From contig OZ245027.1 in NCBI GenBank assembly GCA_965223915.1, positions 109,646 to 173,645 of the forward strand: a stretch of 64,000 nt of DNA. The letters are read 5' to 3'. Shown here in pieces: positions 49,979 through 59,544 of the stretch. The stretch is from Cyclobacteriaceae bacterium. Lineage in GTDB: Bacteria > Bacteroidota > Bacteroidia > Cytophagales > Cyclobacteriaceae. The position numbers and the translations under genes are program-made. Numbering within the stretch: the first letter of the stretch is position 1; each line of letters begins with the position of its first letter. Below the pieces are notes generated by a model that made no database searches, was not told the DNA's origin, and saw only the letters and a program-made list of their open reading frames with translations.

Positions 49979-50356
49979 TTAGCCCTTCCGGATCACATAA
50001 GATTTGATGGCCTTGACTTTTGTGTTGCCTGCGCTGGCGAATTCATAGAAATCAGCAAAACCAAAGACATTGCCGTCTTCCATGGTCATCTCACCATTGA
50101 CGGCGCCCTCTTTTCCATGGGTCACAATGCTATGTATGGTCAGCTCAGTGGCCTTATTACCCATCATTTGTGTCAATGCAGCGGCAAAACGCTCCTTCCC
50201 CGTGATGGGTTCATCTCCTACCAATGTCCACACAACATCATCAGCCATGTGTTCCATTGCTTTTGGGATGTCATATGAAACGAAGTAGATCGTGAGGTCT
50301 CTGATCAATTCCCGTTTCGGTGCATTGCCACAGTCTGCTTGTATGTTGAGTTTCAT
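49979..50356 (-). CDS. NTF2/SnoaL-like small protein
   Basis: 125-aa ORF. Its size and pattern (DDVVWTLVGDEPITGKERF...) resemble SnoaL-like folds. Confidence 0.55.
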   Translation of the reverse strand: MKLNIQADCGNAPKRELIRDLTIYFVSYDIPKAMEHMADDVVWTLVGDEPITGKERFAAALTQMMGNKATELTIHSIVTHGKEGAVNGEMTMEDGNVFGFADFYEFASAGNTKVKAIKSYVIRKG

Positions 50357-50385
50357 CTCCGGTAAATTTTATATATCACTTATAT

Positions 50386-50733
50386 CTACTGCCGCAATAT
50401 CTTCTCCATGGCCTTCCCTCTGGCCAGCTCGTCCACCAGCTTGTCCAGATATCTGATCTTCTGCATGAGTTTGTTCTCAATCTCTTCCACCCGGTAACCA
50501 CAGATCACACCGGTGATTTTGGAAACGTTGGGATTTAACCTGGCCTGGTCAAAAAAGTTTTCAAAATCTGTTTTCTGATCTATGTGCTGCTGAAGCATCT
50601 CCTGGTCATACCCCGTAAGCCATTCGATGATCGCATCCACTTCTTCTTTGGTACGCCCTTTCTTCTCTGCCTTTTGGACGTAATACGGATAGACACTTGC
50701 GAAGGATGTAGTGAAAATTCTGTGGTTTGCCAT
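50386..50733 (-). CDS. DUF2200-family protein
   Basis: [42 protein letters not shown]...[22 protein letters not shown] matches the DUF2200 sequence pattern as I remember it. Confidence 0.65.
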   Translation of the reverse strand: MANHRIFTTSFASVYPYYVQKAEKKGRTKEEVDAIIEWLTGYDQEMLQQHIDQKTDFENFFDQARLNPNVSKITGVICGYRVEEIENKLMQKIRYLDKLVDELARGKAMEKILRQ

Positions 50734-50796
50734 TGTTAATCAGTAATTCTTGCCTTTCTCGAATCTGATACTTTTCAAAAATAACATTGATCACCT

Positions 50797-51999
50797 TTAA
50801 GATAGCACAGTTCTGGTTGATTTATCACTCAAAGCGATCAGACCTAGAATAGGCCCAATGGCTAAAAGGGGATAAATACTCCTGGAATCTATCATGCTAC
50901 TGAGGACATTGATCAGTTGAATACTGACAATGGTAATGGAAAACCCAATGCAATTGACAATGGTCAATGCCGTCCCCTTGATTTCGGGCGTAGCATTTTG
51001 GGCTACCAGGGTAGAAAAGAGCGGGCTATCCGCAATGACCACCATCCCCCAAAACAACAAAAACCCAATAAATATCAATGGTATGTCCGTGCTGAAAAGC
51101 CATGGAGACATCAGACAACACACACCAGAAAGGAGGAGTGCCCAAAAAGCTGTTTGCTTTGTTCCCGCAGACTGGGCTATATATCCTCCGACCATACAGG
51201 CTACTCCTCCGATAGCAATGATGAGGAACGAGAGCAAAGGCACATTAAATGAGGCTGTCGGGTTTAACCGGGTATATTCTTTCAGCATAATCGGCACAAA
51301 AGCCCAAAAGGCGTAGAGCTCCCACATATGGCCAAAATACCCGAAGGCCGGGGACTGGAAATTTCGATTTCGAAATACGCTAAAAAAGGCCGACAGGTCC
51401 ACTTTCTGTCCGGCTTTTCGGTAGGGTCCATCCGGTACCAGGATGAAAAGGATTATTCCTCCCAGAACGGCAATACCGCTTACAATAATGAGTACCAGCT
51501 TCCATGGGAAATCCCCGGTCATATCCCGGAGTAAATGCGGAAATGCAGTTCCAATCACCAGTGCACCTACCAAAAATCCCAACGACTTTCCCAGGCCCTT
51601 TTCAAAGTAGTCAGCAGCGATCTTCATCCCGACAGGGTAGATCCCTGCCAGGAAAAATCCCGTTAGGAACCGGAAAGTCAGGATGCTTGCCAATGTATTT
51701 GCCTCCCAGGTCACTCCCAGGTTGAACAGGGCTCCAAACAAGGCACTCACCAGAAACACCTTCGAAGGTGAGAACCGGTCCGCAATGGTGAGGATGGCAA
51801 AAGTGAGCGTGCCAGCGATAAACCCCAATTGTACGGCCGAGGTGAGATGGCCTAATGCACTTTCCTTCAGGTCGAAATCCAGTACGAGATCACTCATAAC
51901 ACCATTCCCCGCAAACCATAGGGAGGTGCAACAAAACTGTGCAATGACGATAACCGGAAGGATGTATTTAGGCTGCTGTACGCTGGATTGATCAACCAT
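50797..51999 (-). CDS. MFS transporter
   Basis: 400 aa with ~12 hydrophobic helices and the two-halves MFS layout. Confidence 0.8.
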   Translation of the reverse strand: MVDQSSVQQPKYILPVIVIAQFCCTSLWFAGNGVMSDLVLDFDLKESALGHLTSAVQLGFIAGTLTFAILTIADRFSPSKVFLVSALFGALFNLGVTWEANTLASILTFRFLTGFFLAGIYPVGMKIAADYFEKGLGKSLGFLVGALVIGTAFPHLLRDMTGDFPWKLVLIIVSGIAVLGGIILFILVPDGPYRKAGQKVDLSAFFSVFRNRNFQSPAFGYFGHMWELYAFWAFVPIMLKEYTRLNPTASFNVPLLSFLIIAIGGVACMVGGYIAQSAGTKQTAFWALLLSGVCCLMSPWLFSTDIPLIFIGFLLFWGMVVIADSPLFSTLVAQNATPEIKGTALTIVNCIGFSITIVSIQLINVLSSMIDSRSIYPLLAIGPILGLIALSDKSTRTVLS

Positions 52000-52160
52000 T
52001 TTGATTCAAACGGATTTATGGCTCCGCATCCTATCAAATCTAGAAAGATTTCAGATTATTTGGATGATAGGTTGGCTGGTTGGTCCAGGGGGAAACAAGA
52101 GGTGGCGCAAATCTCAACGGTGGCATCTAATAGGCCTGATTTTTTGATTAAAATCTATTT

Positions 52161-52478
52161 TCAGCCTTCATAATTCTCAATCTTCCTTTCCTCCCCTATT
52201 TCACCAATGTGATAATAAGCGACAATCTCCTTGATTAGATCATCTTCCCGATAGTACCACTCACTCACATCTAATTTGAAATTTTCCCCCTGACGGGCAG
52301 TGTAACGGACACAGGCCCTGTCCTTTTCATACATTTCATCGTGTATGTCAAAGGAATAGCCCAGAAATTTTTCCTTATTCTTCTGAACCAGATTAATGCA
52401 GGTTTGCTTCCCATCCATGATTCCAAAAGGACTTGTATGCTTGTAATTTTCTGCAATGGGTAGTTGATGGAGCTTCAT
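52161..52478 (-). CDS. Small NTF2-like hypothetical protein
   Basis: 105-aa ORF immediately downstream of the DinB gene, same strand. The fold guess is weak. Confidence 0.45.
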   Translation of the reverse strand: MKLHQLPIAENYKHTSPFGIMDGKQTCINLVQKNKEKFLGYSFDIHDEMYEKDRACVRYTARQGENFKLDVSEWYYREDDLIKEIVAYYHIGEIGEERKIENYEG

Positions 52479-52487
52479 TCATTCCTT

Positions 52488-53021
52488 TTATTCTAGTTTC
52501 TTCTTCAACACCCCCAAATAATTGATCCATGGTCCAACAGCTCGTTTATATTGGTAGGCCATGACTCTGCTGATCTGGCTGATGTGATTGAGATCGTGAA
52601 CGGTCCAGGTAGCCAGTAGCTGCCCGAGCATTACCTCGCCGAATTCAGGATGTATGCCTGTTAATATCAAATCTTTTTCAGAGATATTAAATGCTTTTAA
52701 TTCCTGCAGGTTGGCTGTCCTCAAAGAATTAAATTCATCGAGCATATCCCGGACCGGTCTGTTCTGATCTTCCCTTAGCTGAGCAAATCGGTCAAAAGGC
52801 TTGAATCGTTTATCTTCAGCATCACCCAAAATGATCCTTCCCCTGACCATCCAATCGGTCTTCTCCCCGATAATGAGATGGCCCAACACGTCATAAGGAC
52901 TCCAGGTATTTTCCTCTTCGTTCTGCCTAATCCATTCATCAGATAGGCCGGATAGGTAGGATGTAAGTACTGAAGGCGTTCTTTCCAGTATTTCCAATGA
53001 TTTTTTTAGCGGAAATTCCAT
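52488..53021 (-). CDS. DinB-family metal-dependent protein
   Basis: WSPYDVLGHLI...DWM...TWTVHDLNHISQI shows the His triad spacing typical of DinB/YfiT-like four-helix bundles. Confidence 0.7.
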   Translation of the reverse strand: MEFPLKKSLEILERTPSVLTSYLSGLSDEWIRQNEEENTWSPYDVLGHLIIGEKTDWMVRGRIILGDAEDKRFKPFDRFAQLREDQNRPVRDMLDEFNSLRTANLQELKAFNISEKDLILTGIHPEFGEVMLGQLLATWTVHDLNHISQISRVMAYQYKRAVGPWINYLGVLKKKLE

Positions 53022-53219
53022 AGCACATGAATGTTAGCCTGTTTCCACAACTAATATATCTAAAACTATCTAGTGTGTTGTAGGGATACCAGACAGATCA
53101 GAGGGACACTACCCATTGCGACAATCCATGCCAAAACTCCATGTCGAGGAATGGCTGGTTTAGCCAATTTCAGGCCGGCTTATCATTTTTTACAATTGAA
53201 TTGGAATTGGGGCTAAACC

Positions 53220-54404
53220 CTATGCCATCGCTTCCTGTCTGGCTGGTTGTTGTACCGCTCGTTGATTGCGAATGAAGATGACCCCGAACGCAATAAATAC
53301 ACCCATGCCTGCCATGATGGCTCCCACGATATTTGAGGAAGTAAACCCAAACCCCATAGCGATTGGGAGTCCGCCAAAATAGGCGCCAGAGGCGTTGGCA
53401 GTGTTGAAAGCACTTTGATTCAACGAGGATCCTAACACCTCTGAGCCTTTCGCGGTATTGATCATCACCATTTGGATAGGTGTGCCCACTGTAAATGCCA
53501 CAATCCCAACGATCAATGTCATAACCAGCACCATGATCGGGTTAGAAGCTAAGAAAACATTGGCGATCAGTAAAACTGCCATCGTGGTGAAACTGATGAT
53601 CACAGCGTGGATGGGTGAAAAGTACTTCACCATTTTGGCTCCCAGGATATTGCCGATGACCATCCCGATACCAGCCAAAGTCATGGCATAGCTGACCACA
53701 TATTCCGGGTGCCCGGCTACCTCCGTTATCAATGGAGCGATGTAGCTATACCAGGCAAAGAGTCCTCCGGTACCTACAGTGGTCAGTAAAATGACAGACC
53801 ACAGTTCCGGATTTTTGAAAAGCTTTAAATCCTGAGCAAAGCCAGCAGTGGACGCCTTGGGCATGGTGGGCATCCAAAATTTCACCGCAAGCATGGTAGC
53901 TATACCGATCACTCCGGTGATCAGAAATGCAATGCTCCAGTGGAATTCGTGCCCCAGGTACGTCCCAATAGGCACACCGATCACGTTGGCAATGGTCAAT
54001 CCACCAAACATCACCGCGATGGCCTTAGCTGATTTTCCGGGTGCAGATACCTGTCCGGCTACCACGGCTCCGATACCAAAAAAGGCTCCGTGAGGCATTC
54101 CAGCAAGAAATCTCATCACGAGGAGCGAACCATAACTATCTGCAAAGGCTGAAAGTGAATTGAAGACAGTGAACCAACCCATCAGCATGATCAGCACCCG
54201 ATTAGAAGACCATCGTCCCCCCATGGCTGAAAATAAGGGTGCACCAACAACCACTCCCAGTGCATACGCGGATATAAAATGACCTGCTTCAGGAATGGTA
54301 ATATTCAAAGCGCCAGCGACATCCGGCAATATCCCCATCATGACAAATTCTGTCATGCCGATACCAAATCCACCAAAAGCCAGTGCTAATAAAGATTTAT
54401 TCAT
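53220..54404 (-). CDS. MFS transporter (DHA1/YdhP-AraJ-like)
   Basis: 394 aa. The N-terminus (LLALAFGGFGIGMTEFVMMGILPDVAGALNITIPEAGHFISAYALGVVVGAP) is characteristic of this MFS subgroup. Confidence 0.85.
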   Translation of the reverse strand: MNKSLLALAFGGFGIGMTEFVMMGILPDVAGALNITIPEAGHFISAYALGVVVGAPLFSAMGGRWSSNRVLIMLMGWFTVFNSLSAFADSYGSLLVMRFLAGMPHGAFFGIGAVVAGQVSAPGKSAKAIAVMFGGLTIANVIGVPIGTYLGHEFHWSIAFLITGVIGIATMLAVKFWMPTMPKASTAGFAQDLKLFKNPELWSVILLTTVGTGGLFAWYSYIAPLITEVAGHPEYVVSYAMTLAGIGMVIGNILGAKMVKYFSPIHAVIISFTTMAVLLIANVFLASNPIMVLVMTLIVGIVAFTVGTPIQMVMINTAKGSEVLGSSLNQSAFNTANASGAYFGGLPIAMGFGFTSSNIVGAIMAGMGVFIAFGVIFIRNQRAVQQPARQEAMA

Positions 54405-54692
54405 AGAGTGATTACAGAGGATATATTTTCAACAAAATTATACTTGAAGTATGTCCTATACAATAAAATGCAAATAATGATTCAAAATTCATCAGTTATT
54501 TATTCATATACTTAAAAATTCATAATATGATACTATCGCTAAAGGAATGAAACTCCGCTGTTTTCTCCTATAGCCACGAATCAAGTCCCCATTTTTGGTT
54601 GTTTTACTTCTATTGGCCCGAATCCTGACCAGAATTGGCACAAACAACCTAGCTTTAATTTTCTTAAAATTTAGATATCCGAATAACATCCT

Positions 54693-55482
54693 ATGTGGTT
54701 AAGAACAAGCTGCTCCCTCACTTTTGATTTTGAAGTCCAAACTGTCCTCATTTTCATGCTTCGCCCCCAGCACACAGCAGTGGGTAGCTCGCGAAGAATA
54801 TAAAATATCACCCATGATGAATGTGGTAGAGTACACAGATACCTATGGCAACCTATGTCAAAGGTTGACTGCTCCTCCTGGTCACCTTTCCATATCCACC
54901 ACTGCCGATGTGAAAACTGAGGATATTATTGAAGTAAAACCCGGGGCTCAGTTTGTAGAAATACAGCATTTACCTCCACCGGTCCTTAAATATTTGTTGC
55001 CAAGCAGGTATTGTGAATCGGATCGATTCAATCAGCTAGCCATGTCTATCACCTCCCGATGTATCCCGGGCTATGATCAGGTGGCTGCCATTGTGGCCTG
55101 GCTGCGCGACCATGTGGAATATACTCCGGGAAGTAGTTCATACCCGATATCGGCTGTGGAAGTCAATCAACAACAACATGGCGTGTGTCGTGATCTCGCC
55201 CACCTGGGCATTGCGCTTTGTAGAAGCATTAGTATACCTGCCCGGATGGTTGTGGGCTACCTGCACAATCTTACGCCCATGGACATGCACGCCTGGTTTG
55301 AAGCGTACGTAGATGGCCAATGGTACACTTTTGATGCTACAAAAAAAGATTCCATCGGGGGTTATGTAGCTGTTGGATATGGCAAAGATTCTTCTGATGT
55401 AGCGCTCTACAACCAATTTGGGCCGGCTTCTTATCCACTGGAACAAAAAGTCAGTGTGGAGAAGATCGAAATCGAAGGATAA
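54693..55482 (+). pseudogene. Transglutaminase-like cysteine protease-fold protein with a +1 frameshift in a C5 run
   Basis: ATG 54693 gives MWLRTSCSLTFDFEVQTVLIFMLRP, and that frame ends at TAA 54801. The +1 frame (track ORF 54724..55482) continues STQQWVAREEYKISP...YTDTYGNLCQRL...GVCRDLAHL...HAWFEAY...FDAT (Cys-His-Asp core). Removing one C from CCCCC 54764-54768 restores a single ~262-aa ORF. Confidence 0.65.
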
Positions 55483-55573
55483 ATGCGCAAGTCCGTTCAT
55501 CCTGGCTTATAGTAATGGGTGAGTAAACCAAACTTCTATTTTAACCCGGATTAAATCCGAGTTTAACCTATAC

Positions 55574-56581
55574 TCACTCTATTTTCTCCTTAAGCCTTCT
55601 TTCACTACCACTTACAACAATAATTCCCTGATATGACTTCATGTTTGTAATTGCATAATTTCCAGGTAAACCCTTGCTGTATGACTGCCACTGGTGACTG
55701 GTTGGATCCTTTCTATACACGCCATCCCACTGTCCTGCAAAGACTGAAAAACCGTTTTTAATTACATTGAATGTATAAAGTTCTGACGGTAAACCTTGCT
55801 GTATACTTTGCCAGCTCATGCCTTTATCATTGGATGAAAGCAGCTCATTATAAGTCATTGCATAAATGGTATGCTCATCCGAACTGATATTATGCAAGGT
55901 ACGATCTGCTATAATCCTGGTCCATTCCTCCTGGTTTTTGGGTTTTACATATGCTCCCTGATTTGTTGCTATGTAAATGCTGCTATCAAGCTCAGTTAAC
56001 CCGTTTACCTGCATTGTATTATTCCCGTATTCCAGCACCCATTTTTGCTCGTATTCATTGAAAAAGAATAACCCGGCATTGGTCCCCGCATATAATCGAT
56101 CTCCAATCTGATCAAGCTTACGGACTGTGGGACTTGTAAGCCCTGCTTGAATGTTTGTCCAGTGCTCACCGCTGTCTGAAGTAACAAAAACCCCACGCTT
56201 TTGTGTCCCAACATAAATATGATCCTTAAAAAAGACCAAAGCACCGGGATTGTTTTCAATAATATCACTGTCAGTTGGGATATTTATCCAACGGTCCTCA
56301 TTTATATCAAAAAGGAAGACACCTCGCTCCTTTGTTGCAATGGCTAGAGATTCATCTGAAACGGCTATGGCTCCCAATCCCAAACCAATTGAGTCGGGCA
56401 ATCCCTGGCTCATATTCATCCAGGTCAATCCATTGTTTTCTGAAAAGAAAACAATTCCATCTCTTGTTTCAACGGGACTAATGGTTTGCCCGGAGAGGTT
56501 ATTATCTGCATTGAATACTTTAGACCGTTCAGCACACGAACCAATAAGACCTACCAGGATTAATAGTGAAAGTTTCTTCAT
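55574..56581 (-). CDS. Lipoprotein with BNR/sortilin-type (Ycf48-like) beta-propeller repeats
   Basis: Lipobox LVGLIGSCA. Repeated S.D.G..W motifs: SENNGLTWMN, SDSGEHWTN, SNDKGMSWQS. Confidence 0.7.
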   Translation of the reverse strand: MKKLSLLILVGLIGSCAERSKVFNADNNLSGQTISPVETRDGIVFFSENNGLTWMNMSQGLPDSIGLGLGAIAVSDESLAIATKERGVFLFDINEDRWINIPTDSDIIENNPGALVFFKDHIYVGTQKRGVFVTSDSGEHWTNIQAGLTSPTVRKLDQIGDRLYAGTNAGLFFFNEYEQKWVLEYGNNTMQVNGLTELDSSIYIATNQGAYVKPKNQEEWTRIIADRTLHNISSDEHTIYAMTYNELLSSNDKGMSWQSIQQGLPSELYTFNVIKNGFSVFAGQWDGVYRKDPTSHQWQSYSKGLPGNYAITNMKSYQGIIVVSGSERRLKEKIE

Positions 56582-56621
56582 TTAGATAAGTTAAAGAAGA
56601 ATTATAGCCTCAATCAATGAA

Positions 56622-57212
56622 TTAGTCATTCATCTTTTCTCTGACTACTTCTGCTTTACGTTGCAATTCCTCATCATTTGGGTTATTCGATGCTTGCTCA
56701 TAAGCCTGGATATAATCAGGATGACTTCTGTAGAATATTTTGACCAGTACCAGTCCTGGAGTTACATATAAAATACCGGAAATACCAACAATCACGATGC
56801 TCCTGATGATCATATTTCTGTAAAACGAACTTTCCCGGGTACTGAAGAAATACTTAACAATAATAATAATCAACAGAAACGGACCGCCTGCTACTAATCC
56901 AGTTATCAGCATGGGACGAGATCCCGGGAGCTGTATCAGTTTAAAAAGTATTCCAACCAAAAGGATCGAAAATATCAGTCCACCCACAAAAGCCCCCATA
57001 CCTTGAAAAACAGAAAGCCCTGAATAGGATTCTCTTTTAAAGATCTTACTAATCCCAATGGAGTTGAAATAGAAAAAACCAACCGGATAATACATACAGG
57101 CAAGAACTATTAAGGATATTACCATAATCTCTGTTCCACCAGGAACCAGGAAAAATTTCATCAGAAGCCCAATGACTACCAGGGCCGCTAAAAGGGGTTC
57201 AATGCGTTTCAT
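56622..57212 (-). CDS. Integral membrane protein, unknown function
   Basis: 196 aa with ~6 hydrophobic helices. I recognise no family. Confidence 0.55.
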   Translation of the reverse strand: MKRIEPLLAALVVIGLLMKFFLVPGGTEIMVISLIVLACMYYPVGFFYFNSIGISKIFKRESYSGLSVFQGMGAFVGGLIFSILLVGILFKLIQLPGSRPMLITGLVAGGPFLLIIIIVKYFFSTRESSFYRNMIIRSIVIVGISGILYVTPGLVLVKIFYRSHPDYIQAYEQASNNPNDEELQRKAEVVREKMND

Positions 57213-57274
57213 CTATGATCCAAAGTTGGTTTGTATATCTTTTATTCTATATTTTGAAGCTAAGCGGAATCTTA

Positions 57275-57721
57275 TCAATCCTGTATCGCCTCGATCCCTT
57301 GCGATTTCAATTTTTCCAACCCTTGTCTCATTGCTTCCACCTGCTCCCCGGGGTGTCCCTGCCAGCTTGAAACCTCCCCCACAACTCTCAATGGATGTTT
57401 TGAACGGTATGACATCGTTGGATTACCGGCAAATTTCTTGTCTGTCAGGTTTGGATCATTCTCTATACTGCCAGTTGGCTCCACCAGATAAATCCTTTCA
57501 CGTCCCTCACCGAGCGCCAGCTCTGCTCCCCAGATAGCCGCATCTAATGTGGAAGTGAAGTAAATGTATTTGGCTTCCTTGTTTTGCCCATAGTTGGAAT
57601 TCTGTCCTGCTTCAATGAAATCCCCAACCATAAGTTCAGCCTTTGTACCATGAAAATAAGTCTGAGCGAAAGTACTCGGGCGAAGCCAGTTTGATTGGTC
57701 CTGATCTTTGTGTTTCTGCAT
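57275..57721 (-). CDS. arr: NAD+-rifampin ADP-ribosyltransferase
   Basis: 148 aa. YFHGTKAELMVGDFI...KYIYFTSTLDAAIWGAELA...RIYLVEPTGSIENDPNLTDKKFAGNPTMSYRSKHPLRVVGEVSSWQGHP is collinear with Arr-2 as I recall it (FYHGTKANLAIGDLL...HIYFSALMEPAVWGAELA...YIYIVEPTGPFEDDPNLTNKRFPGNPTQSYRTCEPLRIVGVVEDWEGHP). Confidence 0.85.
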   Translation of the reverse strand: MQKHKDQDQSNWLRPSTFAQTYFHGTKAELMVGDFIEAGQNSNYGQNKEAKYIYFTSTLDAAIWGAELALGEGRERIYLVEPTGSIENDPNLTDKKFAGNPTMSYRSKHPLRVVGEVSSWQGHPGEQVEAMRQGLEKLKSQGIEAIQD

Positions 57722-57831
57722 GGTCTGGGCTGATTGGGTTCCTCATCAAATTTAAACAGAACTTGTATTTATCCATAACGGAAGGATGAAAGAAAAGTAT
57801 TTACACCCGAGTTAATTATTATTGGTTTCAC

Positions 57832-57971
57832 TGATGTTTCTCCCCGGGTAGGCATCAAAAAAATATATTTTTAATGTTTACCTGATTTCTGGCATCAAAA
57901 GAAAGGTGTATATTTGAGTAAACATCAAAAATGAAATAATTTGATGTTTACTGTAAAACAGACATCAAATG
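57832..57971. promoter_or_regulatory. Array of CATCAAA / TTTGATG motifs, including a perfect 12-bp inverted repeat, in the arr-fic divergent intergenic region
   Basis: Motif copies: tgatgttt 57832-39, ggcatcaaaa 57851-60, aatgtttac 57873-81, ggcatcaaaa 57891-900, GTAAACATCAAA 57918-29, TTTGATGTTTAC 57940-51, gacatcaaATG 57961-71 (this last one overlaps the fic start codon). Confidence 0.45.
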
Positions 57972-59102
57972 ACTGAACCCCTATTTCGAATCAATCCTGA
58001 CAGAGAGATACCCTGGAATGATCTCCCTGACCTGCCACTGGCCCCTGAATTGTACAAGACCGTGAATATTTTGGAGCAGCTGGGGAATACCAAATCGGCC
58101 TTAGGGAGACTTCACGGAAGGTCTGTAGCTATACCCAACCAGGGTATTTTTATCAACACCATCAGTTTGCAGGAAGCCAAAGCATCCAGTGAAATTGAAA
58201 ATATCTTCACCACAGATGATGAGCTTTATCAGGCTTATAGTGAAAAACAAGATGAGCCGATTGTGAAAGGACCCGCTAAGGAGGTGCTGAGATACCGGGA
58301 AGCATTGTGGGCAGGTCATGATTACCTGATGAACAAGCAGCACTTTGATCTGGATTACTTCATTGGGATATACCAAATCGTGAAGCAAACCAATGACGGC
58401 GTAAGACCTCCAAGTGCCCGGATATATATCCGACAGGGAGGTAGTGGCCCCAATGCAGGCAAGGCAATCTACACCCCACCGAGAGGAAAAGAGATTCTGG
58501 AAAAGAAACTTTCCAACCTGGCTGATTTTGTGAATGATGATAAGAAGTATCCGGTAGATCCTTTGATCAAAATGGCTATTGCACATTATCAGTTTGAGGT
58601 TATTCACCCATTTCGAGATGGAAATGGCAGGACCGGAAGGATTTTCAACATCAATATCCTGACCCAAAAGGGGTTACTGGATCTGCCCATCCTGTTTCTC
58701 AGTAAATACATCATTGACCACAAGAATGAATACTATTCCTTACTTGCGGGTGTTACTCAAAGGGGTCTTTGGGAGGCATGGATACTCTTTATGCTCAAAG
58801 CGGTTGAAGTCACCTCAAACATTACATTTAATAAGATCAACGATATCCTGGATGCCAGGGATGGTATCATCGAGGCTATCAGAGCGGAAACAAAAATCCG
58901 AAGACCTGATCAACTGGTGAAAAGGATCTTCGTACAGCCGTTGACGAAGGTAAGTCACCTTACTGACGAGGGAATTTATGCGGAAGGAACAGCCCGAAAT
59001 TACCTCAACCAGCTATGTGACCTGGGCATCCTGGAAAAGAAGACCATTTCGGGGCACCATTATTATTTGAATCTGGAGCTTTACAGGATCCTGGCAGAAT
59101 AA
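57969..59102 (+). CDS. Fic/DOC-family protein (AMPylase-type Fido domain with C-terminal winged-helix)
   Basis: 377 aa with the canonical Fic motif HPFRDGNGRTGR. The C-terminal ...GTARNYLNQLCDLGILEKKTISGHHYY looks like a wHTH. Confidence 0.9.
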   Translation: MTEPLFRINPDREIPWNDLPDLPLAPELYKTVNILEQLGNTKSALGRLHGRSVAIPNQGIFINTISLQEAKASSEIENIFTTDDELYQAYSEKQDEPIVKGPAKEVLRYREALWAGHDYLMNKQHFDLDYFIGIYQIVKQTNDGVRPPSARIYIRQGGSGPNAGKAIYTPPRGKEILEKKLSNLADFVNDDKKYPVDPLIKMAIAHYQFEVIHPFRDGNGRTGRIFNINILTQKGLLDLPILFLSKYIIDHKNEYYSLLAGVTQRGLWEAWILFMLKAVEVTSNITFNKINDILDARDGIIEAIRAETKIRRPDQLVKRIFVQPLTKVSHLTDEGIYAEGTARNYLNQLCDLGILEKKTISGHHYYLNLELYRILAE

Positions 59103-59105
59103 TCT

Positions 59106-59432
59106 TTAGTTCGACACAAACTTGAGCCCAACGATGGACGCTATCAAAGTCGTGATAAAAAAGAGTCTCCAGAAGGTAGCGGGTTCTTTGAAAAAAAAGA
59201 CACCAACGAGCACCGTCCCGACGGCACCAATGCCTGTCCATACTGCATAAGCCGTCCCAATAGGCATCACCTGAGTAACCCGGACAAGGAGCAACATGCT
59301 TATTGTCAAACAAATCAAAAACCCCCCGTACCAATAAATAGTATCCGTGCCTGTTGCTTCTCTGGCCTTACCCAGACAGGCAGCAAATGCCACTTCAAAT
59401 AATCCGGCTATGATCAATAAAATCCAGTTCAT
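59106..59432 (-). CDS. sugE: SMR-family small multidrug/guanidinium exporter (SugE/Gdx-like)
   Basis: 108 aa with four TM helices. MNWILLIIAGLFEVAFAACLG contains the conserved membrane Glu, followed by PIGTAYAVWTGIGAVGT. Confidence 0.85.
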   Translation of the reverse strand: MNWILLIIAGLFEVAFAACLGKAREATGTDTIYWYGGFLICLTISMLLLVRVTQVMPIGTAYAVWTGIGAVGTVLVGVFFFKEPATFWRLFFITTLIASIVGLKFVSN

Positions 59433-59544
59433 TTACCATTTACTTTCAAGCAAATCTAACTGGTTAATCTACTTTAGTAATTAACAATTTCATTATACAA
59501 TCTGGCTAACCCTGACCCGTTTAAAAAGTATACTATCTATACAT

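Noticed and set aside
54504-54689. 61-aa minus-strand ORF between the MFS gene and the transglutaminase-like gene
   Set aside because: AT-rich intergenic DNA with a basic low-complexity translation and no start context. It is likely a promoter region.
59433-59544. Guanidine riboswitch (ykkC, mini-ykkC or guanidine-III) in the leader of the SugE/Gdx gene
   Set aside because: I read the minus-strand leader. Only a weak GGUCAGG resemblance (acgggtcagggttagcc) is present. There are no paired ACGR-loop hairpins and no ykkC core. This is not supportable without a covariance-model search.
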